This document shows, one piece after another, positions 19,479 through 29,866 of a DNA stretch of 64,000 bases; position 1 is the first letter of the stretch; each line of letters begins with the position of its first letter. Source of the stretch: an uncultured Solobacterium sp. GTDB taxonomy: Bacteria; Bacillota_I; Bacilli_A; Erysipelotrichales; Erysipelotrichaceae. A program made the translations under genes and the position numbers. The notes beneath the pieces were generated by a model. The model saw only the letters and a program-made list of their open reading frames with translations. It was not told the DNA's origin and ran no database searches. The stretch spans positions 4,944 to 68,943 of the forward strand of contig CAJOLG010000001.1 of assembly GCA_905235315.1 (NCBI GenBank), read 5' to 3'.

Positions 19479-21137
19479 TCAGACAATGACCGAACCGCCG
19501 ATAAACTCCCGGATGATGGAATTGTTCGGAATCAGGTCATCCTCTACCAGCGTCACAAAATAGGACAGCAGTTTCAGAAGGCGCTGCGCCTCCGGATATT
19601 CCGGCTGATCATCCGTGATAATCTCCAGCTGCGGCTTGGCATACTTCTTCAGAACCGCAAGTTCATAGATGCACTGGCTGTTGAAGAACATATCCGCAAG
19701 ATCGTTGTACGGGAAGATATTCGTTTCCTCCCCGCGGCTTACCTTCGGCCACATATGAATGGTCTGCGCTGCGTTGATTCCCCGGAACTGGGCATCTCTG
19801 ACGATCCGCCGGAGCTTCCGGGCATCCGTTGTCGGAATCCGGTTGTAATGGTCGATATTCAGCTGGGCGAGCGGACTGATGTAGATACGGAATTTCTCAC
19901 TGTCCGCAATCTGTTCCGTCAGCGCCGGATTCAGTCCGTGAATGCCTTCGATAACGATCGGGCGTCCCGGCTCGATGGACGTGATCCGTTTGCCGAACTC
20001 CTTCATTCCGAGTTTGAAGTTGTAGGTCGGTATATCGACCGTCTTTCCGTCAATCAGTGCCTGCAGATCCCGGTTCAGAAGATCCCGGTCCAGCGCATCC
20101 AGTCCTTCGAAGTCATATTCTCCGTCCGGCCCCTTCTCCATATCATTTCGGTCCACGAAGTAATCATCCGTTCCGAGATACAGGGGATTGAGCCCGGCAA
20201 CCCTGAGCTGAATGCAGAGCCGGTTGGCGAAGGTCGTTTTGCCGGAAGAAGACGGTCCTGCGATCAGAATAATGCGTTTTCCGCTTTCCGCAATCGCATT
20301 TGCGATCTCGGTGATCTTCTTCTCATGGAGCGCTTCATTCATGAAGACAAGATCCCGCACCGTCCCGTTGAGAATACTGCGGTTCAGATCAGAAGACAGA
20401 TACACACCGGTCAGTTTACACCAGCGGGACTCCTCCGAAAACGCATCATACAGCAGCTTCTGTTCCTCAAACGGCAGGATGACAGAAGGATTCGACGGAT
20501 GCGGAAACCGCACGAGAATGCCATGACGGTATGCCATCACTTCAAACAGATCGATATATCCGGTATCCGGCACAAGCTCATAGGATGACATCATCATCTC
20601 GTCTTTGAGGCTGAACACATCAACGATTTGAACATCCGGCATATTGACAAGCCGATCCAGGTCCTTGATGCGTGAATACTGTTTCATCAGCTCCCGCAGT
20701 CGCTCACGGCTGTAGGACTGCTTGGTAATCGGAAGCGCCTCGGCACTGAGTTCGCGCATCCGCGCTTCCACCGCGGCGGTAAACGTTTCCGTAACGCGGA
20801 CCCCGCGCACACTGGTATGCAGACCTTTGCTGAGGGAGTTGTTGATACGGACACTCACATCCTTTCCGGCCACATCATGCACTGCCTTGATATACAGCAG
20901 TAAAAGACTGGACTGATAGCACATCAGCGCTCCCGGATCACGGATATCGAGCAGTTCGAGTTTACTTCCGTAGGTCAGCGTCCGGCTCAGCGGCTGCACA
21001 TGGCCGTCGATTCTCGCCAGTACAATCCGGTACGGATGCGTTTTCTGCATCTCATCCGCAATATCACGAATCAGAACGCTGTCCTCATATTCTCGTTTTA
21101 CCGGTTCCTGTCCCTGTAAACAGATTGTCAGTTTCAT
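19479..21137 (-). CDS. Nucleoside (uridine) kinase with N-terminal TGS/ThrRS-like domains
   Basis: IAGPSSSGKTT Walker A, LGTDDYF, VIEGIHGLN and RDAQFRG motifs. Confidence 0.85.
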   Translation of the reverse strand: MKLTICLQGQEPVKREYEDSVLIRDIADEMQKTHPYRIVLARIDGHVQPLSRTLTYGSKLELLDIRDPGALMCYQSSLLLLYIKAVHDVAGKDVSVRINNSLSKGLHTSVRGVRVTETFTAAVEARMRELSAEALPITKQSYSRERLRELMKQYSRIKDLDRLVNMPDVQIVDVFSLKDEMMMSSYELVPDTGYIDLFEVMAYRHGILVRFPHPSNPSVILPFEEQKLLYDAFSEESRWCKLTGVYLSSDLNRSILNGTVRDLVFMNEALHEKKITEIANAIAESGKRIILIAGPSSSGKTTFANRLCIQLRVAGLNPLYLGTDDYFVDRNDMEKGPDGEYDFEGLDALDRDLLNRDLQALIDGKTVDIPTYNFKLGMKEFGKRITSIEPGRPIVIEGIHGLNPALTEQIADSEKFRIYISPLAQLNIDHYNRIPTTDARKLRRIVRDAQFRGINAAQTIHMWPKVSRGEETNIFPYNDLADMFFNSQCIYELAVLKKYAKPQLEIITDDQPEYPEAQRLLKLLSYFVTLVEDDLIPNNSIIREFIGGSVIV

Positions 21138-23425
21138 TTTTTCCTATTGCCTCCGGTTCCGGCTTTTTCCTTTGACTGCCCTTTCTTTTTGGCGTCTTTC
21201 TTTGCGCTTTTCCCGGTGCTTTTCTTTTTTCCGCCGGCTTTCTTTGCGTTGTCTTTTTTCTTCTTCCGCTTCCGGTCGCGAGTCACTTCCGGGAATTCCG
21301 GCTTATAGTCTGTTGTGAATATGATCCCCTTGTGGGCCGGACGGATCACGCCCTGGTTCACGGTTTCCGGTTCTCCTTTGGTTATCGCCATGAGAATATC
21401 CTGACACGAGTTGTCCGGCTCATCGCCGTGAATATGGTGATACTTGCCGTCCTTGTCCATGGAACGCGCTTTGGTATTATCCGCAAAACAGAGTTCCAGA
21501 TAGTGATGAATCCGGCTGCGGACCGACGCATCCATGATGGGAACCGCGATTTCCACCCGGCGTTCCGTATTGCGGGTCATAAAATCGGCTGAAGAGATGT
21601 ACAGCTTTTCATCCCTTCCGCTTCCGAACTGGTAGATCCGGGAATGTTCCAGATACCTTCCGACAATCGAACGGACATGGATATTGTCCGTCATGCCCTT
21701 CACTTCCGGCAGAATGCAGCAGATTCCGCGTACGATTAACCGCACGGTAACACCGGCATTGCTTGCCTCATGAAGCTTGCAGATGAGTTCTTCATCGGTG
21801 ATGGAATTCAGTTTGCAGGTGATGAGACCCTTTTCTCCCTTTGCGGTTTCCCGGTCGATCAGCTGAATGAGCGTCTGCTTCATGGAAACCGGCGAAACAA
21901 GGAGATACCGGTAACTTCCGTCCAGTTTTCCGATCATCATGTTTTGGAAAAACGCAACCGTATCGCGGACAATGCCGGCGCGTGCCGTCAGATACGCAAA
22001 GTCGGTATACTGGTGTGCCGTATTTTCATTGAAGTTTCCGGTTGCGATCAATGCGACATGAGAAGTTTTGCGGTCCTGCATGCGGGTAATGAGGCATGCT
22101 TTGGAATGCACTTTGTAGTCTTCAAATCCATACATGACCGTACATCCGGAATCCATCAGCTTCTCGGAGTAGTCGATGTTGTTCTGTTCATCAAACCGTG
22201 CTTTCAGCTCGATCAGCACATCCACTTCCTTGCCGTTCTCTGCCGCAAGACAAAGATAGTCGACCAGCCTCGCCTTGCGGGCAAGCCGGTAAATCGTAAT
22301 TTTGATGGAGATAACCGAAGGATCGGACGCCGCTTCCTTGATCAGAAGGAGGAACGGATCCATCGACTCATACGGATACGACAGCAGCACATCCTTCTTC
22401 TGTACCTGTTCAAACAGACTTCTGCTGTAGTCAAATTCCTCCGTCATCTTCGGCGTATATTTTTCATACGAAAGCCTGGCAAGCTTTTCTTCCGAAAGCA
22501 GGTCTCCGACCTGATACATGTATTTCCGGTCCAGCGGCATATTGCAGATGTAGATCATGCGTTCTTCCGCTTTGACATATTTCGAAAGATAACTGAGCAT
22601 GTTTTCACTGATACTGCGGGAAGTTTCAATCCGGACCGGATTCATCCGCTTCCGTTTCTTCAGCATCTGGGCCATCCGCTCAAGGTAATCTTCATTCTCC
22701 TCAAACGCATCATCATCGACACTGACATCCGCATTGCGGATCACGGTAAACTTCACCCGGTCGCTGACCACAGCACCTTTGAACACGCTCTCAAGATTAG
22801 TGAGGATGATATCCTCCATATGAACGAAGCGGACAACGTCTTCCTTTTTTCCCGGCAGACGGACAATCCGGCTGAGCGAAGAAGGAATCGGGACAAGCGC
22901 AAATACATCGGCCCCGTTATATTTCATCAGGCCTGCCGCATAGATTACGCCCGACTGTAACGCAGGAAGCGGATGCCGGCTGTCCACGATCTGGCCGCCG
23001 AGAACCGGCGCAACCACCGAACGGAAATATTTCCGGATCCACTCCTTCTCTTCCTTTGTGCATTCATCAATGGAAAGATCATGGATTCCCTCTTTCCGAA
23101 GGGCGCGCTTGAGATCGCGGAACACATCCTCTCTGCGGTCGCAGAGACGATTGGCCATCTGATAGATCCGCTTGAGCTGGCCTTCCGGGGTAAGCCCGGA
23201 TTTATTGTCGACCGAATCCGGCTTAAACTTCCTCATATCCGTAATCGAACCGACCCGCACACTGAAGAACTCATCCAGATTGGATGAGAAGATGGACACG
23301 AACTTCAGACGTTCCAGAAGCGGAACGCTGGAATCACGCGCTTCATTCAGACACCGTTCGTCAAATCGAAGCCAGGAAATCTCCCGATTCTGTGTGTATC
23401 CGTCCTTGTAAATATTCTTTATCAT
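21134..23425 (-). CDS. ppk1: Polyphosphate kinase 1
   Basis: NREISWL.F..R, SSNLDEFFSVRVG, LSYPYES, ELKARFDE, KVHSK, GRYLEHSRI and SSADFMTRN motifs. Confidence 0.95.
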   Translation of the reverse strand: MIKNIYKDGYTQNREISWLRFDERCLNEARDSSVPLLERLKFVSIFSSNLDEFFSVRVGSITDMRKFKPDSVDNKSGLTPEGQLKRIYQMANRLCDRREDVFRDLKRALRKEGIHDLSIDECTKEEKEWIRKYFRSVVAPVLGGQIVDSRHPLPALQSGVIYAAGLMKYNGADVFALVPIPSSLSRIVRLPGKKEDVVRFVHMEDIILTNLESVFKGAVVSDRVKFTVIRNADVSVDDDAFEENEDYLERMAQMLKKRKRMNPVRIETSRSISENMLSYLSKYVKAEERMIYICNMPLDRKYMYQVGDLLSEEKLARLSYEKYTPKMTEEFDYSRSLFEQVQKKDVLLSYPYESMDPFLLLIKEAASDPSVISIKITIYRLARKARLVDYLCLAAENGKEVDVLIELKARFDEQNNIDYSEKLMDSGCTVMYGFEDYKVHSKACLITRMQDRKTSHVALIATGNFNENTAHQYTDFAYLTARAGIVRDTVAFFQNMMIGKLDGSYRYLLVSPVSMKQTLIQLIDRETAKGEKGLITCKLNSITDEELICKLHEASNAGVTVRLIVRGICCILPEVKGMTDNIHVRSIVGRYLEHSRIYQFGSGRDEKLYISSADFMTRNTERRVEIAVPIMDASVRSRIHHYLELCFADNTKARSMDKDGKYHHIHGDEPDNSCQDILMAITKGEPETVNQGVIRPAHKGIIFTTDYKPEFPEVTRDRKRKKKKDNAKKAGGKKKSTGKSAKKDAKKKGQSKEKAGTGGNRKK

Positions 23426-23430
23426 CCGAC

Positions 23431-23937
23431 TTATTCCTCCCGGTTCAGCTGTCTGACGAGTTCAAACTCTCTGTTTGTAATATGACAGTATCCGGCGGGG
23501 TTTTTCTCCAGATACTTCTGATGGTATTCTTCTGCCGGCCAGAAACACTTCAGCGGACCGATCTCGGTAAAGAAGGCGCCGTATTTCTTTTTTTCTCCTG
23601 CCGCATAGGCCGTTACCGCCGCAAGACTCTCCTCATCCGCTGTATAGATGCCGGTCTGATACTGCGTGCCGATGTCGTGTCCCTGCCGATTCTGCAAGGT
23701 TGGGTCAATGCACAGAAAATAGGCCTTCAGAAGCGTTTCAAGCGGCAGCACTTCAGGATCATAAACGACTTTCACGGTTTCCCGGTGCCCGGTCGTATCG
23801 GTACATACCTCCTGATACGTCGGATTCTCCGTTGTGCCGTTGGCATAGCCGACGGTTGTCTCCGTCACCCCGTCAAGCTGCCGGAAGACCCGTTCCATTC
23901 CCCAAAAACAGCCTCCGGCAAAATAGATTTCTTTCAT
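23431..23937 (-). CDS. msrA: Peptide methionine sulfoxide reductase MsrA
   Basis: AGGCFWG and AEEYHQKYL motifs. Confidence 0.95.
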   Translation of the reverse strand: MKEIYFAGGCFWGMERVFRQLDGVTETTVGYANGTTENPTYQEVCTDTTGHRETVKVVYDPEVLPLETLLKAYFLCIDPTLQNRQGHDIGTQYQTGIYTADEESLAAVTAYAAGEKKKYGAFFTEIGPLKCFWPAEEYHQKYLEKNPAGYCHITNREFELVRQLNREE

Positions 23938-24021
23938 AATCAACTCCGCTAAAAATAATTATAACCCCTTCAAACATTACAGGGACAAATCAAGGTCTTT
24001 TTTATTATAATATGGTCTGCT

Positions 24022-25461
24022 ATGGAATCCTTAACACTCGAACAGGTTCTTCACTCGGATAATCCGGGTTCACTGCCGCAGCGGATGAGGGTCGTCGTTG
24101 CCCTCTCCATTCCTACAATTCTGGCAATGATCTCCGAGATCATCATGCAGTATATTGACTCGGCAATGGTCGGTTCGCTCGGTGCCGGTGCGAGCGCCTC
24201 CATCGGGCTTGTCGCATCCACCACCTGGCTGATCGGCAATCTGATCATGGCCTGCGCATACGGCTTTTCCGTCCAGGTCGCCCATGCGGTCGGGGCCGGC
24301 GATCATTCGCTTGCGCAGCGCATCTTCCGCCAGTCCATCCTGGCATCCCTCTGTTTCTCCCTCATTCTTCTTATCGCCGGTGTTTCCATCCGCAGTCAGC
24401 TTCCCATATGGCTTCATGGCGCACCGGAAATTCTGGCTGATGCGAGCCGCTACTTTACGATCTACGTACTGTTTCTGCCGGTCCGGCAGATGTATACTCT
24501 CTTTCTTTCCTCCCTGCAGTGCACCGGCAATATGCGGACACCGAGCATTCTCGGTATTATCTGCTGTGTCAGTGATGTCATTTTTAATTTCTTTCTCATC
24601 TTCCCCACCCGGTCGGTTTCCTTCTTCGGTGCTTCCTTTATGGTACCCGGCGCCGGACTCGGGGTTGCCGGAGCTGCGCTCGGCACCGCATGTTCCTATG
24701 TGTTTTCCGGTATCCTGCTGGCCTATGCGGTAGGCGTGAAATCTCCGATTCTCCGGTTTTCCGGCCGGGCATCCTGGCGGATCGAACCGGAAGTTATGAA
24801 ACAGGCGCTCCGGATTTCGGTTCCGATGGCCCTGGAACACTCTGCACTTACCATTGCGCAGATCGTCTGCACCCGCATTGTCGCACCGCTCGGCATGATA
24901 CCGCTTGCGGCGAATTCCTTTGCCGTAACGGCAGAAGCCTTCTGTTATATGCCCGGATACGGTATCGGGGCAGCCGCCACCACACTGGTCGGCCAGTCGA
25001 TCGGCGCAGGACGCCGTGATCTCGCAAAGAGTTTTGCCTGGCTTGCGACCGGACTCGGAGTCGGTCTGATGACCGTGGGCGGAATCTTAATGTATTTCCT
25101 CTGTCCGTATGTATTCGCCTTCCTGACGCCGGTAAAAGAAGTGCAGGAGTTAGGCGTTCAGGTACTGCGCATTGAACTGCTTGCGGAGCCTCTCTTTGCG
25201 GCCAGCATTGTCTGCACCGGTGCCCTTCGCGGAGCGGGTGATACACTTGCCCCGGCAATTCTCAATCTCGTCAGTATGTGGGGTGTCCGCATTTCCATCG
25301 CCCTTCTGCTTGTCGGGCGGCTCGGGCTTCCCGGAGTCTGGACTGCCATGTGCATCGAACTGAATGTCCGGGGAATCCTCTTCCTGATCCGCCTTGCCCG
25401 CGGAAAATGGCTGGAAGAAGCGTTTGCGCGCAAAACGCATCAGCCGGAAGCCGGCGTATAA
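24022..25461 (+). CDS. MATE family efflux transporter
   Basis: 12-TM pattern; IDSAMVGSLGA and two MATE repeats. Confidence 0.9.
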   Translation: MESLTLEQVLHSDNPGSLPQRMRVVVALSIPTILAMISEIIMQYIDSAMVGSLGAGASASIGLVASTTWLIGNLIMACAYGFSVQVAHAVGAGDHSLAQRIFRQSILASLCFSLILLIAGVSIRSQLPIWLHGAPEILADASRYFTIYVLFLPVRQMYTLFLSSLQCTGNMRTPSILGIICCVSDVIFNFFLIFPTRSVSFFGASFMVPGAGLGVAGAALGTACSYVFSGILLAYAVGVKSPILRFSGRASWRIEPEVMKQALRISVPMALEHSALTIAQIVCTRIVAPLGMIPLAANSFAVTAEAFCYMPGYGIGAAATTLVGQSIGAGRRDLAKSFAWLATGLGVGLMTVGGILMYFLCPYVFAFLTPVKEVQELGVQVLRIELLAEPLFAASIVCTGALRGAGDTLAPAILNLVSMWGVRISIALLLVGRLGLPGVWTAMCIELNVRGILFLIRLARGKWLEEAFARKTHQPEAGV

Positions 25462-25505
25462 AAAAATCCGGACGGTACTTCCGTACAGCTTCCGGATTTT
25501 TTTCT
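25461..25505. terminator. Bidirectional terminator (MATE/tex)
   Basis: aaaaaatccgga...tccggattttttt. Confidence 0.7.
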
Positions 25506-25519
25506 TCAGGTTTTGAATT

Positions 25520-27811
25520 CTAATTTTTCCCGAACCGGGCCAGCAGATGTGCAGTCGCATCTTCCATGGTTACCGGTTTTTTCTCTTCCTGCGGTCTGCG
25601 GTCACGGCTGTTTCTGTTTTTCCCGCGGCGGTCACTGCGGTTGCGCCGGTTGGCAGCCATCATTGCGTCACGCTCTTCCAGTTTTTCTTTCGGAAGAAGA
25701 CTGAGCGCAACCCGGCCCTTCACCTCATCCACATCCAGTACATAGACGGTGATGATGTCGCCGACCGAAAGAACTTCACTCGGATGATTGATGCGCTTCA
25801 TGGACATATGCGTAATATGCACAAGTCCGTCTTCATGAAGTCCGATATCCACAAACGCACCGAAGTCGACAACATTCCGCACGGTTCCGCTCATCTGATC
25901 CCCGGGCTTGAGATCGGAGAGTTCCAGCACGTCACTGCGGAGAACCGCCGTTTCAAACTGATCACGGTAGTCGCGCAGCGGAGCCCGGATCGCATCTTCA
26001 ATATCCTTGAGCGTATACGCATCGATACCGAGATCCTTCACTGCTTCCTCCGGGAACTGCGCATCCGGTGTGCCGAGCGTTGTAATACCGCAGGCAGCCA
26101 TCACCTTTCTGGCAGCGTCATAGCTTTCCGGATGGATGTTGGTCTCATCCAGCGGTTCCTCTCCGTCAATGATGCGCAGGAATCCGGCACACTGTGTATA
26201 TGCCTTGGGGCCGAGCTTTTTGACGTTGAGCAGCTGCTTACGGTTTGTGAAGCGGCCGTTTTCATCACGGTATTTGACGATTTCCTTCGCAATTCCGGCA
26301 TTCAGACCGGAGATATGCGTCAGCAGCTGGGAACTTGCGGTATTGAGGTCTGCGCCGACCCGGTTGACCACTTTCATGATCGCTTCATCAAGCCGTTCGT
26401 TCAGAGCCTTTTCCGGCAGGTCGTGCTGGTACTGGCCGACACCGATGGATTTCGGATCGATTTTGATCAGCTCAGGGAGCGGGTCGAGCAGGCGGCGGCC
26501 GATGGAAACCGCACTGCGGAGTTCAACCGCAAGATCCGGGAATTCCTGGCGTGCCTCTTCCTGTGCCGACCATACGGATGCGCCGGCTTCCGAGACAATC
26601 GCATACTGCACATCGAGGTTGTTGTCACGGATCAGATCCGCAATCAGCTTCTCGCTTTCACGGGATGCCGTGCCGTTTCCGATGGCGACAATCTGAACCC
26701 CGTACTTTTTGATCAGCATCAGCACCTTCTGGCGTGCTGCGTCAATGATCTCTCCCTTGCGGTCAAACGGATAGACTTTGTCCACCGTCAGCATCTTTCC
26801 GGTATCATCCAGAACCGCAAGCTTACAGCCATTGGCGTATCCCGGGTCAAACCCAAGGACAATGCGGCCCTTCAGAGGCGGCTGACTGAGCAGTTTCTCA
26901 AGGTTCATGGAGAACACTTCAATCGAACTCGTATGCGCCCTGTCAGAGAGATCGGAACGAATCTCGTTTTCGATCGAAGGGAACAGCAGACGCTCACAGC
27001 CATCGGTAATCGCCTGTCTCAGTTCTTCGGAAACGATGGTGGAAGCACCATGCACATAAGCGCGGTACGCTTCGTCTTCAAGATGCTCGGAATCGTAGGA
27101 GAATGATACGGTAATGACCTTTTCTTTCTCCGCACGGTCGATTGCCATTACCCGGTGATTTGCGATCTGGGAGATCTTCTCACTGCGTTCGTAGTACATT
27201 TCATAGACATGTTTCGGATCTTCCGCATCTTTCTTTTTCTTTGTCGTGATGACGCCGGTCTTCATGATCGTATCCTTGAAGGACCAGCGGAGTTTGGCGT
27301 TGTCCGAAACATTCTCGGCGATGATATCCTTCGCACCCTGAATCGCATCGGCTGCGGTTTTGACATCGTCGTTAAGATACTTCTCCGCTTCCGCATTCAG
27401 GTCACCCTCGGACGGAAGTCCCAGCATCCAGTCGGCCAGCGGCTGCAGGCCGTTTTTAATGGCGACTGCGGCACGGGTCTTCTTTTTCTGCTTGTACGGC
27501 TTGTAAAGATCCTCAACCTCCGACAGCTTTTTGCAGGCAAGAATGGAATCCCGAATCTCATCCGTCAGTTTGCCCTGCTGTTCGATCAGGCCGAGCACCG
27601 CTTCCTTGCGCTCTTTCAGATTGACTTCATATTTGTGCTTTTTCTCGATAAACAGGATCTGTTCTTCATCGAGGCCTTTGGTCTGATCCTTGCGGTACCG
27701 CGCAATAAACGGAACCGTCGCCCCTTCTTCGAGAAGATTCAGGGTAACCTGAACCTGAGCCTGGGAGATTTTCAGCTCTTCGGCAATTGACTTGATAATT
27801 TCTTCATCCAT
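25520..27811 (-). CDS. tex: Tex (YhgF) transcription accessory protein with S1 domain
   Basis: GATVPFIARYRK, GFDPG, IGNGTASRES, IGVGQYQHD, HhH and S1 (NVVDFGAFVDIG) motifs. Confidence 0.95.
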   Translation of the reverse strand: MDEEIIKSIAEELKISQAQVQVTLNLLEEGATVPFIARYRKDQTKGLDEEQILFIEKKHKYEVNLKERKEAVLGLIEQQGKLTDEIRDSILACKKLSEVEDLYKPYKQKKKTRAAVAIKNGLQPLADWMLGLPSEGDLNAEAEKYLNDDVKTAADAIQGAKDIIAENVSDNAKLRWSFKDTIMKTGVITTKKKKDAEDPKHVYEMYYERSEKISQIANHRVMAIDRAEKEKVITVSFSYDSEHLEDEAYRAYVHGASTIVSEELRQAITDGCERLLFPSIENEIRSDLSDRAHTSSIEVFSMNLEKLLSQPPLKGRIVLGFDPGYANGCKLAVLDDTGKMLTVDKVYPFDRKGEIIDAARQKVLMLIKKYGVQIVAIGNGTASRESEKLIADLIRDNNLDVQYAIVSEAGASVWSAQEEARQEFPDLAVELRSAVSIGRRLLDPLPELIKIDPKSIGVGQYQHDLPEKALNERLDEAIMKVVNRVGADLNTASSQLLTHISGLNAGIAKEIVKYRDENGRFTNRKQLLNVKKLGPKAYTQCAGFLRIIDGEEPLDETNIHPESYDAARKVMAACGITTLGTPDAQFPEEAVKDLGIDAYTLKDIEDAIRAPLRDYRDQFETAVLRSDVLELSDLKPGDQMSGTVRNVVDFGAFVDIGLHEDGLVHITHMSMKRINHPSEVLSVGDIITVYVLDVDEVKGRVALSLLPKEKLEERDAMMAANRRNRSDRRGKNRNSRDRRPQEEKKPVTMEDATAHLLARFGKN

Positions 27812-27954
27812 ACACTTTTCAAATCCTTTCGTGCCTGTCTATCTTATCATGAACCTCAGATATGTCATGTCTTGACCTTTCAGACTGTATGTATATTAGC
27901 AGAAAAGCGGCATATGGAATGTATATTTCGCGTTCAATGTGCTAGGATTCTCAC

Positions 27955-29262
27955 ATGGACAGAATTCGTCTTCTTGACTCAATCGGAAACTTCGGAACGG
28001 ATCTTCTCCTGATAGCGGCAGGCGTGCTGTTTCTTACACAGCGCTATACCGGCTGGACCATCCTTTATATTGTGACGGTCCTGCTCTGTGCCGCCCTTCC
28101 GATCCGGCTGATTCTCAATATCCATTCCGGTCTCCGGCAGGCCAATGTCGGTTCGATCCTGCTGATCGTGTTTGATCTTTGCTTTATGATTGCGATTCTG
28201 ACAGAGCCCCACCGGTTCATGAGCCTGGTCTATCTGTTTTTCGGATGGTGGATGCTGGGGCACGGCATTCTTTCCATGATTGAGTTTCAGGTGCTTGTCC
28301 ATGACCAGCTCCCCGGCGGTGTGAAGCGGTTCTTTATCGGAATCTTCTCTCTTCTGGTCTCCGGGATTATGCTGCTGGGGAAGTCCCTCTCCGTAAAGAA
28401 TGACGTGCTGTCTGTTGCGGCGGCAGTCTTTTTCCTGGTTTACGGACTGCTCGGGCTCCTGTTTCATCTGGATGTGATCCGCAGCCGGAAGAATCCGAGT
28501 CTGCCCTCCTGGGCTGTCAGCCCGCCGATTCTGCTGAATGCCTTTTTCCCGCTCCGGGTGTATATTTCCCTGAAACAGCTTCGGAAGGATTCGCTTCATC
28601 CGGTAAAAACACCGGAAGAAAAGCCGGTTCTCACCGTGTTTATTTACATGAAAGGCAAGGGACCCGAAATCTTCGGACACATCGATCTGTCTTACCGGGG
28701 AACGATCCTCTCCTACGGCAATCACGATCCGAAAAACCGGTGTCTGCACGGAACGTACGGCGACGGTGTGCTGATCAAAGCGGATGAGAAGCAGTTCCTT
28801 CAGGAAGGCATCAACATCGAAGGAAAATCCGTAATCGGCTACGGCATCCGGCTGAACGAAGAACAGCGGGCTGCCCTGGAAAGCCGGATCGAAGAACTGC
28901 TGTCCCGGACGGTTCCGTGGAAATGTGCCGCCCAGGAAGCGGAAGAAGCCGGCGAAGACATGTCCGGCTGTGTGGATTACGCAAGCAGGCTCTATAAGGA
29001 AACCCATTGTGAAATGTATAAGTTTTCAAGAGGCAAGTTCCGCACGTATTTTGTTTCCTCGACCAACTGCGTGATGCTGGCGGATGAGCTGATCCGCAAC
29101 CGGAGCCTGAATCTTATAAACCTCACCGGAGTTGCCACACCGGGTGCGTACCTGTCCTTTCTGAACACCGAATATCTGAAGCCCAACTCCATCGTTGTCT
29201 CGCGGACGCTTTATGAAACCAAACCGGCGCATCCGGCGGAAATCAGCACAACACCGTTATAA
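27955..29262 (+). CDS. Multi-TM (HdeD/DUF308-like) protein with C-terminal permuted papain-like domain
   Basis: About 6 hydrophobic helices, then FGHIDL...YFVSSTNCVMLAD (His before Cys). Confidence 0.6.
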   Translation: MDRIRLLDSIGNFGTDLLLIAAGVLFLTQRYTGWTILYIVTVLLCAALPIRLILNIHSGLRQANVGSILLIVFDLCFMIAILTEPHRFMSLVYLFFGWWMLGHGILSMIEFQVLVHDQLPGGVKRFFIGIFSLLVSGIMLLGKSLSVKNDVLSVAAAVFFLVYGLLGLLFHLDVIRSRKNPSLPSWAVSPPILLNAFFPLRVYISLKQLRKDSLHPVKTPEEKPVLTVFIYMKGKGPEIFGHIDLSYRGTILSYGNHDPKNRCLHGTYGDGVLIKADEKQFLQEGINIEGKSVIGYGIRLNEEQRAALESRIEELLSRTVPWKCAAQEAEEAGEDMSGCVDYASRLYKETHCEMYKFSRGKFRTYFVSSTNCVMLADELIRNRSLNLINLTGVATPGAYLSFLNTEYLKPNSIVVSRTLYETKPAHPAEISTTPL

Positions 29263-29305
29263 AAAGACCGTACGGTCTTTTTATTCTGTTTCGTTTGGAT
29301 CCATC

Positions 29306-29866
29306 TCAGACGTTGAAATAGACAAAGAAGAGATCCCCCGCATTATCGGATCCGCTTTCATCACCGAACAGTTCAAAATACTCCATAAACGAAAGCGAAT
29401 AGGTTTCATACCCGGCCGGCACAGAGAATACAAGATTTCCGGTCACGGTTTCCTGCGGCGAGAGCACATATTCCTCCTCCAGCATACCCTTTTCCGTCAA
29501 GGACGGATCATAGGCTGTCACAGGGAACCGGTAGTCTTCTTCTCCTTCACCGCCCCACTGCGCCTGAAAGTCTGTATCAAACATCACCGTATCGCTGTCG
29601 AAGGTACTGACAAGCGTAATATTCACAATGAGAAGCGTCTCTCCTTCTGCCGGCGTGATTGATCCGTACGTCTCTGCAGTCTCCGCATTATTCACCGTGA
29701 GATCAAACCACGCGGTGCGCAGGGAATCACGCAGTCCGCCTTCCGCGTACCCATCTTTCGGCACGATGACATCCCGGTCGATCATCCCCGATACCCGGTT
29801 GGAACCGCATGCGGTACAGCCGGCCAGCAGGATCGCGGCCGCCAATGCTTTAATCGTTCGTTTCAT
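29306..29866 (-). CDS. DUF4352-like lipoprotein
   Basis: Lipobox LAGC; acidic Ig-like domain (LLIVNITL, LSPQETVTGNLVFSVP). Confidence 0.7.
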   Translation of the reverse strand: MKRTIKALAAAILLAGCTACGSNRVSGMIDRDVIVPKDGYAEGGLRDSLRTAWFDLTVNNAETAETYGSITPAEGETLLIVNITLVSTFDSDTVMFDTDFQAQWGGEGEEDYRFPVTAYDPSLTEKGMLEEEYVLSPQETVTGNLVFSVPAGYETYSLSFMEYFELFGDESGSDNAGDLFFVYFNV

